From assembly GCA_041937175.2 (NCBI GenBank), contig CP166615.1, positions 3,167,547 to 3,199,546 of the forward strand: a stretch of 32,000 nt of DNA, given 5' to 3'. A model generated the notes under the pieces. That model saw only the letters and a program-made list of their open reading frames with translations. It was not told where the DNA came from and did no database searches. Made by a program: the position numbers and the translations under genes. Numbering within the stretch: position 1 is the stretch's first letter; each line of letters opens with the position of its first letter. Source of the DNA: Limnothrix sp. BL-A-16 (GTDB lineage: Bacteria; Cyanobacteriota; Cyanobacteriia; CACIAM-69d). Below are positions 8,431-17,235 of this stretch, one piece after another.

Positions 8431-8834
8431 TGGATGATCCTCTCCTGAGCTGGATCGTAAACAACAATTGAGACTTGATACCGCTCTACGGCTGCCTGAG
8501 TGAATTCGTATTGAAAAAATGTTTGGTAAGAATCAACTGGAACGGCTAGATAGAGGGTTCGTTCTGGTTCGATCGATTCTAGGGCAAGGCGATAGCTGAG
8601 GAATTGGCCGAGAGCAGCATAGAAGTCTGTGACGGCGGAAGGGTTCAGAAAGCTTTTGATTTCGACGGCGATTTTTTCACCGGATCGTTCTGCGGCGAGT
8701 AGTCGTTCTGCGGCGAGATCAACGCGAAAGTTAACATTGCCAAATTTGAATCTGAGGGGATCATCAGTAATCACCCATTGTTCTTTTTCTAGGGCGTGTT
8801 TAACGGCTTCGTGGAACAGATCTTTGGCAGCCAT
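8418..8834 (-). CDS. xisH: XisH-family (endonuclease-like) protein
   Basis: 138 aa with MAAKDLFHEAVKHALEKEQWVITDDPL...VDLAAERLLAAER...IAVEIKSF, typical of XisH. Confidence 0.85.
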   Translation of the reverse strand: MAAKDLFHEAVKHALEKEQWVITDDPLRFKFGNVNFRVDLAAERLLAAERSGEKIAVEIKSFLNPSAVTDFYAALGQFLSYRLALESIEPERTLYLAVPVDSYQTFFQYEFTQAAVERYQVSIVVYDPAQERIIQWKK

Positions 8835-8994
8835 AGACGTTGGGCAGAGTTACCGAATTTTAGCATTCCGATCCGGCTGCGTCTGGGTTTGAGGCAGGGC
8901 GATCGCTTGCTCCGGTTGGCGGTTAGCTAAAATGGTGGGGAGCTAGTTTAGCGCTGTCGAGGTTGGGGATACATTCACGGGTTGGAGGTTGTCG

Positions 8995-9237
8995 ATGCAA
9001 ATCACGATTACTTTGCCGCCGGATTTGGAGGGATATTTGCTGCGTCAGGCGGCTCAGACTGACCTTCCTTTGCCGTTGATTGTGCTACAGATTCTTCGGC
9101 AACTGATCCAGATGCCACCGGGTGTTACGACTCAGTGGCCGGAGGCTGTTTTGAATTATGAGCCAGATCCCGATTTCCCTGAGTTTGAGTCCTATCGTAA
9201 TGAGTTGATTGATCCCCAAGAAATAGAGTTATTTTGA
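8995..9237 (+). CDS. Putative type II antitoxin partner of VapC
   Basis: Small acidic 80-aa ORF. ATG at 8995 lies 7 nt after GGAGG (8984-8988); the track start at 8989 is TTG. Its stop overlaps the vapC start by 4 nt (ATGA). The family itself is not recognised. Confidence 0.6.
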   Translation: MQITITLPPDLEGYLLRQAAQTDLPLPLIVLQILRQLIQMPPGVTTQWPEAVLNYEPDPDFPEFESYRNELIDPQEIELF

Positions 9238-9644
9238 TGCGCTATCTTTTGGATACTTGCGTCATCAGTGACTTTGTTAAGGGTGATGCACCAACAATAA
9301 TTCGGTTTCGGAATACGCCCCCGACGGATATTGCAATTTCGGCAATTACGGTGATGGAGTTACGTTATGGTTTGGCGATTAATCCACAACGCGCAGGGAA
9401 GGTTGAACCAATAATTTCTGACATTCTGGCATCTGTAACCATATTGCCATTTGGACTGGCTGAAGCGGAAAGATCGGCTGAGGTTCGGGCTATTTTGAAA
9501 TCACAGGGTCAACCGATCGGGGCTTATGATGTGTTGATTGCGGCGACGGCGCTTGCACATCAATTAATTATGGTGACTGCTAATCAGCGAGAGTTCGAGC
9601 GAGTTCCTGGGCTATCGATTGAAAATTGGCGACAGGCAGATTAG
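9234..9644 (+). CDS. vapC: PIN-domain ribonuclease toxin VapC
   Basis: 136 aa. YLLDTCVISD supplies the first acidic residue of the PIN domain. Later motifs are ITVMEL, AYDVLIAATA and TAN. Confidence 0.85.
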   Translation: MMRYLLDTCVISDFVKGDAPTIIRFRNTPPTDIAISAITVMELRYGLAINPQRAGKVEPIISDILASVTILPFGLAEAERSAEVRAILKSQGQPIGAYDVLIAATALAHQLIMVTANQREFERVPGLSIENWRQAD

Positions 9645-9770
9645 GGATTACTGAAGTGTTTCTAGAACTCAACAAAATTTTATCACTTTAGTATTTTTAT
9701 TTGGTGGTTTGTTGTGCCAGGTTTAGGGCAGTGTTTTGGTGACTATCCACCGAGGGATTGAGGCGGCCTC

Positions 9771-12700
9771 ATGGACGAGCAACGACTTCAGGCTTATTTG
9801 CAATTGATTCAGCAGTTGTTGGCTTGTCCGGCGGGGGAAGAGGAAAGCGTTTTGCAAGCCCAGGTGGAGTTGGTGGATGCGGGGCTGGTGGAGGTGATGG
9901 GACAGGTAGCTGACCTAATGGTGGAAAAAGGAGACAACAACGCCGGCCGATTGCGACAGTTTTCTGAGCAGGTGGCGCAGGCGTTGGGGCTGGAGTCAGC
10001 GACGGCGAGTGGTGCGGAGGATATGGATCAGTTTGTGGGGGAGGTGATGGAGCAGATTCTCCAAACCCAAGGCAATCCAGCGCAGGTTTATGGGTTTTGG
10101 CAGGTCGATTTAAATCGATTTAACGAAGCATTTTTGGCAACGCTGCCTATCACTTTTCGCCGCTTGATCGGGCAAAATGACCCCAAACTAATTGCGGCTA
10201 TCTTTGCTAGGTTTGGAAACTTGATTCAACAATTTCCAATCGGTTCGCATTGGTTGAATCTGGAATGTGCAATTACGGTCTACGAACAGGCGCTGATGAT
10301 CTACACCTGCGAAGCGCTTCTCGAAGATTGGGCCATGACCCAAAACAACCTGGCAACTGCTTACAGCAATCGAATCCGAGGGGAGAAGGCGGACAACCTA
10401 GAACTAGCGATCACCGCCTACAAACGGGCGCTGGAAGTCCTCACCCGCGATGCTTGTCCTGAAAATTGGGCAGGGACTCAAAACAATCTGGCCAATGCTT
10501 ACAGCAATCGAATTCGAGGGGAGCGGGCGGACAACCTAGAACTAGCAATCACCGCCTACAAACGGGCGCTGGAAGTCTACACCCGCGATACTTTTCCTGA
10601 AAATTGGGCCATGACTCAAAACAACCTGGGAGAAGCTTACCGCTCTCGAATCCGAGGGGAGAAGGCGGACAACCTAGAACTAGCGATCACCGCCTACAAA
10701 CGGGCACTGGAAGTCAGAACTCGCGATGCTTTTCCCAAAGATTGGGCAGGGACTCAAAACAATCTAGCCAATGGTTACGGTGCTCGAATCCGAGGGGAAC
10801 GGGCGGACAACTTAGAACTAGCGATCACCGCTTACAAACGAGCGCTGGAAGTCTACACCCGCGATACTTTTCCTGAAAATTGGGCCATGACCCAAAACAA
10901 CTTAGCAACTGCCTACAGCAATCGAATCTGCGGGGAACGGGCGGATAACCTAGAACTAGCGATCACCGCTTACAAACGAGCGCTGGAAGTCCGTACCCGC
11001 GAGGCGTTTCCTGAAGCTTGGGCAGCGACCCAAAACAACCTGGCAAATGCTTACAGCGATCGCATCAGAGGAGAACGGGCGCACAACCTAGAACAAGCGA
11101 TCACCGCTTACGAACGGGCGCTGGAAGTCTACACCCGCAATGCTTTTCCCGAAAATTGGGCCATGACCCAAAACAACCTGGGAGAAGCTTATCGCGATCG
11201 CATCCGAGGGGAGCGGGCAGACAACCTGGAGCGAGCAATCATCGCTTGCGAACGGGCGCTGGAAGTCTATGCCCGCGATACTTTTCCACAAAATTGGGCC
11301 ATGACCCAAAACAACTTAGCAACTGCCTACAGCAATCGAATCTGCGGGGAGCGGGCGGACAACCTAGAACTAGCGATCACTGCCTACAAACGGGCGCTGG
11401 AAATCTACACCCGCAATGCTTTTCCACAAGATTGGGCAGGGACTCAAAATAACCTGGCAAATGCTTACGTCGCTCGTATCCAAGGGGAACGGGCAGATAA
11501 CCTGGAGCAGTCGATCGCCGCCTACAAACGGGCGCTGGAAGTCTACACCCATGATGCTTTTCCTGAACAATGGGCAATGACCCAAAACAACCTGGCAAAT
11601 ACTTACAGCCAGAGAATTCGAGGGGAACGGGCGGACAACCCGGAACGGGCGATCACTGCTTACGAACAGGCGCTGGAAGTCCGCACCCGCGAGGCGTTTC
11701 CCGAAGATTGGGCAGCGACCCAAAACAACCTAGCAATTGCTTACCGCGATCGCATCCGAGGGGAACGGGCGGATAACCTCGAACAAGCGATCGCTGCCTA
11801 CGAACGGGCGCTGGAAGTCTTCACCCGCGAGGCCTTTCCGAATGACTGTCGCCGTACTTCTCGATCGCTCGGCGATCTTCAAAGCGAGTTGCAAAACTGG
11901 GATGCTGCGACCCAAGCCTATGGGCAAGCCCTCGCCGCTGCGGAAGATCTCTACCAAGCCTGCACCCTGCTCGACAGCCAAGCCGGTGAGCTAAAAGCAA
12001 CCGCCAACCTGCCCCGCCGCGCCGCCTATGCCTACGCCAAAGCCAGTCAACTCGCCACAGCCCTCGAAACGATCGAACGGGGCCGCGCCCGGGGCCTCAG
12101 CGAACGACTCCAACGCGATCGCGCTGACCTCGCACAACTCCAACAACAGCGCCCTGACCTGTTCGATCGCTACCGCGACATCACCAACCAACTGCAAAAC
12201 CTGGAAAGCCAACAACGCGACCAGCAAGTCCGCGATCGCCAAGCCATCACCCCCGAACAACACCGCAACGAAGCCCAAAGACTCCGCCAGGAATTGACCG
12301 AGGCGATCGCCCAAATTCGCCAAGTCCCCGGCTATGAAACCTTCCTGCAAGCACCCAGCCTCACCGAAATTCAACAAAACCTCAGCACCGAAGCACCCAC
12401 CGTCTACCTGATCCCCACCCCCAACGGCAGCCTCGCCCTAATCGCCACGCCCCAGGCGATCGCCCCCCTGTGGCTCGATGATTTCCCCGAAGCCACCCTC
12501 ACCGACTTGGTGCAAACCTGGCTCCAGGCTGACAGAGAGTCCAAAGTGGCTAACTATGAGTACAGTAAAGACCCGGAATCACTAGCCAAGATGCAGACCC
12601 GAAATGAAAAGCGGGAGCAGTGGCACAACGCGATCGACCAGGGAACCCGCCAACTGTGGGACAACCTAATGGCTCCCCTAATCGATCGGCTCAAACAACA

Positions 12701-13553
12701 CAACCACACCCAAGCGATCCTGATTCCCACCGGCTTGCTCGGATTGTTGCCCCTCCATGCCGCCTGGACAGAAGACCCCAGCCGCCCCACCGGCCGCCGC
12801 TACGCCCTCGATGAGCTGACCTTCACCTACGCCCCCAACGCCCAATCCCTCGTGGCCGCCCGGGCGGTGGCGGATGCCTTGCGGAGCAATATCGCCCAAC
12901 AATTCCCCGACAGCCACCTCGATTCGATCCTGGCGATCGACAATCCCCGCCAAGACCTGCCCAGCTCCGAACGGGAAGTCACGGCCGCCGTCAAAACCTT
13001 CCCCCACCCCACCGTCCTGCGCCACGAAAAAGCCACCACCGCAACCGTTGCCGACAACCTGGGTCAACAGGCGATCGTCCATTTCTCCTGCCACGGAACC
13101 GCCAACTTCAACGAACCCCTCAACAGCGGCCTGCTAATGAGCGATGACCTGTTGACCCTGCGCGAGCTATTTAACCTCAAGCTCACCGAAGGCAACAAAC
13201 GCGGCATCCGGCTCGCCGTCCTCTCCGCCTGCGAAACGGGACTCCCCGGCCTGGACTTAGCCGACGAGGCGATCGGCTTGCCCGTCGGACTGTTGCAAGC
13301 AGGCGTGGCCGGGGCGATCGCCTCGCTCTGGGCCGTGAGCGACCTCAGCACCATGATTCTGCTCACCAAGTTCTACGACCTCTGGCGCAACGATCGCCTC
13401 ACCCCACCCGCAGCCCTCCGCCAAGCCCAACAATGGCTCCGCAACGCGACCCTTTCCGAAATTCGCCAGCTCACCGGCATCAGTTTCCGAGGCGCTGAAC
13501 ACCCATTTGCCCACCCCTACTACTGGGCAGGCTTCAGCTACACCGGCATATAA
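9771..13553 (+). CDS. TPR-repeat / CHAT-domain (caspase-like peptidase) protein
   Basis: 1260 aa. It has the cyanobacterial-type N-terminus (RLQAYLQLIQQLLACPAGEEESVL), then 12 x 46-aa TPR-like repeats, then a coiled-coil linker. The C-terminal CHAT domain keeps the catalytic dyad contexts HFSCHG (His codon 13092-13094) and LSACETG (Cys codon 13230-13232). Confidence 0.9.
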   Translation: MDEQRLQAYLQLIQQLLACPAGEEESVLQAQVELVDAGLVEVMGQVADLMVEKGDNNAGRLRQFSEQVAQALGLESATASGAEDMDQFVGEVMEQILQTQGNPAQVYGFWQVDLNRFNEAFLATLPITFRRLIGQNDPKLIAAIFARFGNLIQQFPIGSHWLNLECAITVYEQALMIYTCEALLEDWAMTQNNLATAYSNRIRGEKADNLELAITAYKRALEVLTRDACPENWAGTQNNLANAYSNRIRGERADNLELAITAYKRALEVYTRDTFPENWAMTQNNLGEAYRSRIRGEKADNLELAITAYKRALEVRTRDAFPKDWAGTQNNLANGYGARIRGERADNLELAITAYKRALEVYTRDTFPENWAMTQNNLATAYSNRICGERADNLELAITAYKRALEVRTREAFPEAWAATQNNLANAYSDRIRGERAHNLEQAITAYERALEVYTRNAFPENWAMTQNNLGEAYRDRIRGERADNLERAIIACERALEVYARDTFPQNWAMTQNNLATAYSNRICGERADNLELAITAYKRALEIYTRNAFPQDWAGTQNNLANAYVARIQGERADNLEQSIAAYKRALEVYTHDAFPEQWAMTQNNLANTYSQRIRGERADNPERAITAYEQALEVRTREAFPEDWAATQNNLAIAYRDRIRGERADNLEQAIAAYERALEVFTREAFPNDCRRTSRSLGDLQSELQNWDAATQAYGQALAAAEDLYQACTLLDSQAGELKATANLPRRAAYAYAKASQLATALETIERGRARGLSERLQRDRADLAQLQQQRPDLFDRYRDITNQLQNLESQQRDQQVRDRQAITPEQHRNEAQRLRQELTEAIAQIRQVPGYETFLQAPSLTEIQQNLSTEAPTVYLIPTPNGSLALIATPQAIAPLWLDDFPEATLTDLVQTWLQADRESKVANYEYSKDPESLAKMQTRNEKREQWHNAIDQGTRQLWDNLMAPLIDRLKQHNHTQAILIPTGLLGLLPLHAAWTEDPSRPTGRRYALDELTFTYAPNAQSLVAARAVADALRSNIAQQFPDSHLDSILAIDNPRQDLPSSEREVTAAVKTFPHPTVLRHEKATTATVADNLGQQAIVHFSCHGTANFNEPLNSGLLMSDDLLTLRELFNLKLTEGNKRGIRLAVLSACETGLPGLDLADEAIGLPVGLLQAGVAGAIASLWAVSDLSTMILLTKFYDLWRNDRLTPPAALRQAQQWLRNATLSEIRQLTGISFRGAEHPFAHPYYWAGFSYTGI
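10251..11906 (+). repeat. 12 in-frame tandem 138-bp (46-aa) coding repeats inside the CHAT gene
   Basis: The unit is ADNLELAITAYKRALEV.TRD.FPENWA.TQNNLANAYSNRIRGER. Unit starts fall exactly every 138 bp (10251, 10389, 10527 ... 11769). Several units are near-identical at the DNA level. Confidence 0.9.
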
Positions 13554-13580
13554 TCAAATCAACCAACTTGCCATCTCAGA

Positions 13581-13850
13581 ATGCCAGTTCTGTCAATGTT
13601 TTATGGGCTAATTGTTTCCATGTACTTCATGGATAACAAAGAGCACAAACGCCCACACATCCATATTTCCTATCAAGGCAAAGAAGCGGTTTTCAGTATT
13701 CCAGAGGGCGAAGTTCTATCGGGCAGCTTACCTCGAAAACAAACTCGACTAGCACAAGCATGGATTGAAATTCATGCAGATGAACTGGTCGCAAACTGGG
13801 AGCTGGCGATCGCTGGTCAACCACTTTACAAAATTGAACCACTGAAATAA
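13581..13850 (+). CDS. DUF4160-family small protein
   Basis: 89 aa. MPVLSMFYGLIVSMYFMDNKEHKRPHIH is the characteristic DUF4160 N-terminus. It starts 27 nt after the CHAT gene stop. Confidence 0.8.
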   Translation: MPVLSMFYGLIVSMYFMDNKEHKRPHIHISYQGKEAVFSIPEGEVLSGSLPRKQTRLAQAWIEIHADELVANWELAIAGQPLYKIEPLK

Positions 13851-14116
13851 TGATGAATCCTAGGGTTGTCCATGTACTTGCGCGTGATCACTACAAACTT
13901 GAAATCCAGTTCACCAATCAAGAAGTGCGAATTTATGACTGCTCAACACTTTTAGATTTTGGCGTATTTCAAGAACTCAGAGACGAAACTTACTTCCGGA
14001 AAGTCAAGGTATTTAACGGCACAGTTACTTGGCCAAATGAGCAAGATATTTGCCCAGATACGCTCTATCTAGACTCTATCCCTTTACCGATTGCAGCCCA
14101 ACCGTTGTCAGCATGA
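13850..14116 (+). CDS. DUF2442-family small protein
   Basis: 88 aa. It is the usual partner of DUF4160, and its ATG overlaps the preceding TAA by 1 nt. A VTWPNEQDICPDTLY-type C-terminus is present. Confidence 0.75.
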   Translation: MMNPRVVHVLARDHYKLEIQFTNQEVRIYDCSTLLDFGVFQELRDETYFRKVKVFNGTVTWPNEQDICPDTLYLDSIPLPIAAQPLSA

Positions 14117-14547
14117 ACACCACCTACGATCGCGATTTCTATGCTTGGACACAGGAGCAAATTGTGCTGCTGCAAAACCGAGATTTCGGGGCGATCGACC
14201 TCCCCAACTTAATCGAAGAACTCGCCGCCATGGGTCGCCAAGAACGTGAACAACTTGTTAACCGTTTAGGTGTATTGATTGGTCATCTATTGAAATGGCG
14301 CTATCAGCCTGATATGCGAACCAACTCCTGGATCGGTACAATTCGCGAACAGCGGCGACGGATTCAGCGCTTACTCAAAAATAATCCAAGCTTGCAGCCA
14401 TTTCTAGATGAAGCCTTCCGCGAAGCATATCTTGATGGGCGAGATCTGGCTATTCAAGATACTAACCTAGAGGATTCAGTCTTTCCAAAGGCTTCACCAT
14501 TTACGCTGGAATTTGTCCTTTCGGACAATTTAGAGGAATCAATCTAA
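14113..14547 (+). CDS. DUF29-family protein
   Basis: ATG at 14113 overlaps the DUF2442 stop (ATGA). YDRDFYAWTQEQIVLLQNRDF..IDLPNLIEELAAMGRQEREQL is the DUF29 signature. The track start at 14050 would overlap the previous gene by 67 nt and is rejected. Confidence 0.8.
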   Translation: MNTTYDRDFYAWTQEQIVLLQNRDFGAIDLPNLIEELAAMGRQEREQLVNRLGVLIGHLLKWRYQPDMRTNSWIGTIREQRRRIQRLLKNNPSLQPFLDEAFREAYLDGRDLAIQDTNLEDSVFPKASPFTLEFVLSDNLEESI

Positions 14548-14591
14548 TTATCGAAATCACCTTTAAAGGCTCCCTCTTTCCAAACTACTCC

Positions 14592-15047
14592 ATGCTCTAC
14601 ACCGACGAAGATCTACTTGAAGCTGCTCGCACCATTCGCAGCGAATTGCCAGATTTGTTGGATTCCGAAACCGCACAAAGCCTAGACGATCGCCTTGCTG
14701 AACTACTAAATCAAGTCCCCTTAGATTTGCGCGATCTACATTACGAAACCATCAGCGAGATCGCCACTCAAGTCGAAGAGTCTTTAAAAACACACGAGTC
14801 CACAAAGACTTGGCTAAAATCTTTTCTGATTGATTCATCCAATCACCAATGCCAAAGTTTTGAACCTCTTCCCGGTAATGCCAGTTACGTGGCAACCGAT
14901 AAATATATTTGTCCCCACGGCGACTATCGCTGGTCTCGGCGCAGCATTGGCCAACCGATTCCCCGCTGTCCAACCCATGATGTGCTCCTAATCCCGATCG
15001 CCGAATTTCAGCAGTTACGGTCTAGCTCATCGCAGGAGAACCCATGA
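14592..15047 (+). CDS. Hypothetical protein with an acidic helical N-domain and a C-terminal Cys/His zinc-ribbon-like motif
   Basis: 151 aa with an ATG start. CPHGDYRWSRRSIGQPIPRCPTH (CPH-x16-CPTH) sits near the C-terminus. The stop overlaps the next gene start by 4 nt. No family recognised. Confidence 0.6.
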   Translation: MLYTDEDLLEAARTIRSELPDLLDSETAQSLDDRLAELLNQVPLDLRDLHYETISEIATQVEESLKTHESTKTWLKSFLIDSSNHQCQSFEPLPGNASYVATDKYICPHGDYRWSRRSIGQPIPRCPTHDVLLIPIAEFQQLRSSSSQENP

Positions 15048-15973
15048 CTGCCAAGGTGCTCGAAGGTGCAGGCGGCAAGGTTGCAGAACAGTGGATTTCG
15101 AGTCTGCTGACTTCTGCCATTGTCTTTTGGGCTGGGGGCTTGGTGGCGGTTATTCAGCGATTTGGCTGGCAACCCTTCACGGACTGGTTCACCAAACAGC
15201 CGGAGCCATTACAGTTGGCTTTGTTGGTCGCTGTATTGGGTGGAGCGATCGCCTCAGCCGCCGTTGTTGAGCGATTTCAACTAATGGCTTTACGCGGTCT
15301 AGAGGGCTATTGGCATCCTATCTTTAATGGCTTGAAAGCTCGATTAATTCGTCAGCAGATCAAGAATAAAGGAAAGCTTGAAGCACAGTTTCAAGACTTA
15401 GATAACCGCCCAAGACGCACCAGTCGCGATCGCCAATTACGCATCAAGCTCGATCGCCAACTCAGTGATTTTCCCACCCAAGATATTGATATTATGCCCA
15501 CGCCATTGGGAAATATCTTGCGGGCAGCGGAGTTACGATCGCTCGATAAATATGGGCTGGATGCGGTGATTTGTTGGCCGCGATTGTGGTTGTTATTACC
15601 CGAGTCTGCCAAAGCAGATTTACAGGCAGCGCGGGCCGAGCTGAACGCGATGGCTCGGCTGTGGATCTGGAGTTGGCTATTTTTGGTTTGGGTATTCTGG
15701 GCTTGGTGGGCAGCCCCGATCGCCATTATTTCGGCGTGCTTTGCCTATCACTGGGCGATCGCGGCGGCCAAAACCTATGGCGACTTGATCGAAGCCAGTT
15801 TTGATCTTTATCGTGGCTTGCTCTACGAGGCTTTGCGATTACCCTTTCCGAAGCAAGCAGACCAAGAACCAGCCGCCGGACGGATGTTAACTCAATATCT
15901 TTGGCGCGGTACTTTGCCAGAGTCCTACAAATTCATTGCAACTTCAGAAGTTTCTCCAGTCACTGATCAGTAG
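15044..15973 (+). CDS. Hypothetical 4-TM membrane protein
   Basis: 309 aa. AGGAG at 15034-15038 lies 5 nt before the ATG. Two N-terminal hydrophobic helices (about residues 15-38 and 57-77) are followed by a charged roughly 120-aa loop, a Trp-rich helical hairpin (LWIWSWLFLVWVFWAWWAAPIAIISACFAYHWAIAAA), and a soluble tail. No family recognised. Confidence 0.65.
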   Translation: MTAKVLEGAGGKVAEQWISSLLTSAIVFWAGGLVAVIQRFGWQPFTDWFTKQPEPLQLALLVAVLGGAIASAAVVERFQLMALRGLEGYWHPIFNGLKARLIRQQIKNKGKLEAQFQDLDNRPRRTSRDRQLRIKLDRQLSDFPTQDIDIMPTPLGNILRAAELRSLDKYGLDAVICWPRLWLLLPESAKADLQAARAELNAMARLWIWSWLFLVWVFWAWWAAPIAIISACFAYHWAIAAAKTYGDLIEASFDLYRGLLYEALRLPFPKQADQEPAAGRMLTQYLWRGTLPESYKFIATSEVSPVTDQ

Positions 15974-16161
15974 AAATCCATGCATGAACATTAATCCCAT
16001 GGCTTTCCCACCTCAGGCGATCGAGCATGGTTGTCTCCCTGAATCTCGATCGCAACAAACATAGGCGACAGACTGAGGCGCGATCGCAGACCCGTAATGA
16101 TTGACGGCGAGGGGGATAATGACCATTCAATCCCCCGATTCCCCTGGGTGACGGGGCAAGG

Positions 16162-16842
16162 CTAGGAAGCTTTGGGAAACTCGTATCGCTTCAATTCCGT
16201 GGTGGTTTGCAGCGCATTGCTGGCATCCCAAATTTGCCACTTCACCGGCCCGACCCGATCGGCGTACCACATCACCTTGCGGAAGGCCGTTCCTGCTTTT
16301 TCGCCCGTAATTTCCACCCGAATCGTATTAAATTTGCCCGCCGGAACCGTGACTTCTTCCGTTGCCGCTGCCTTGTAGGATTCGGAGGCATTCGTGGTGG
16401 CTGCGCCCACCTGTTGACCAGTCCAAGACCATTGATCGCCCACTTTAGGTGGATTTTTTAAAATGGGCTTAATCGGCTCATTCACCGTTTCGTTGGTGAT
16501 GCCGTTGCGAGCCAACACAAACTTGATTTCCTTGACCCAACCTTCTCCCTTGAGATAGAGCAAATTAGACGGCCCAAACCCCAAGTCTTGCTCCGTGGTA
16601 TAGCGCATTTGCGAGCCGTCGCGATCGGCCCCAATCACCTTGATTAGCAAGTTGCCCGTTGTGCCCTGTGCCGCATTGGTCGTGGCATATTCCCAACGAC
16701 CATTCAAGGGAAAGGGGTAATAGTCGGGTGGGGGCGGCGCGGCCCACAGGCCCGTTGCCGTTAACAGTGCGATCGCCAGGCCCACCATAAACCCAACGGC
16801 CCAGCGGACTCCCACAACCTCCCTCAGCCGCTGCCAATTCAT
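16162..16842 (-). CDS. Hypothetical exported or membrane-anchored protein
   Basis: ATG at 16842 gives MNWQRLREVVGVRWAVGFMVGLAIALLTATGLWAAPPP, a signal or anchor sequence, followed by a beta-rich-looking domain. The track start at 17001 adds 53 residues in an AT-rich region and is rejected. Confidence 0.6.
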   Translation of the reverse strand: MNWQRLREVVGVRWAVGFMVGLAIALLTATGLWAAPPPPDYYPFPLNGRWEYATTNAAQGTTGNLLIKVIGADRDGSQMRYTTEQDLGFGPSNLLYLKGEGWVKEIKFVLARNGITNETVNEPIKPILKNPPKVGDQWSWTGQQVGAATTNASESYKAAATEEVTVPAGKFNTIRVEITGEKAGTAFRKVMWYADRVGPVKWQIWDASNALQTTTELKRYEFPKAS

Positions 16843-17235
16843 GGAACTAGCTTGGTGCTGGTTTTGATGTGGCCGATGTTGCGCAATCTTAAGCCAAAAA
16901 AACATCTTTTCAGATCCAGAACAACTGCTCCCATCAAGATAGGCATTACTTGCCTGATTGCACAGGAAATATGTTGATCTGTTAAGTGCCAATCCAATCA
17001 ATAAAAATGAGAAGACTTTTTTTGTAATCTCTGATGATTTTAGTTTTGAAATTTTAAGTTTTTGATTTTAAAGGTTTAAGTATCGATGAGGCTTTGATTT
17101 CTGAATTTTGGGTTGGATGTTGTTGAGTCTCAAGAATTTTCAGAATTGGATCAACTGGACTGAATTGGAGTGCGTTGGGCAGGTCAGCGGCCTTAAGATT
17201 GACGCAATAACCCGCCCAGAAAACCAACATGAAAC

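Noticed and set aside
8095-8834. XisH/XisI as evidence for a developmentally excised DNA element
   Set aside because: No XisA/XisC/XisF-type recombinase, no interrupted target gene and no flanking element-length direct repeats are visible in the window. The genes are treated as an autonomous two-gene module.
10250-11776. Series of 68-144-aa ORFs in alternate frames, and the regular 138-bp periodicity, considered as a possible CRISPR-like or independent repeat array
   Set aside because: The periodic units are contiguous with no spacers, lie in frame within one long ORF, and encode a coherent TPR-like repeat. The alternate-frame ORFs merely inherit the periodicity.
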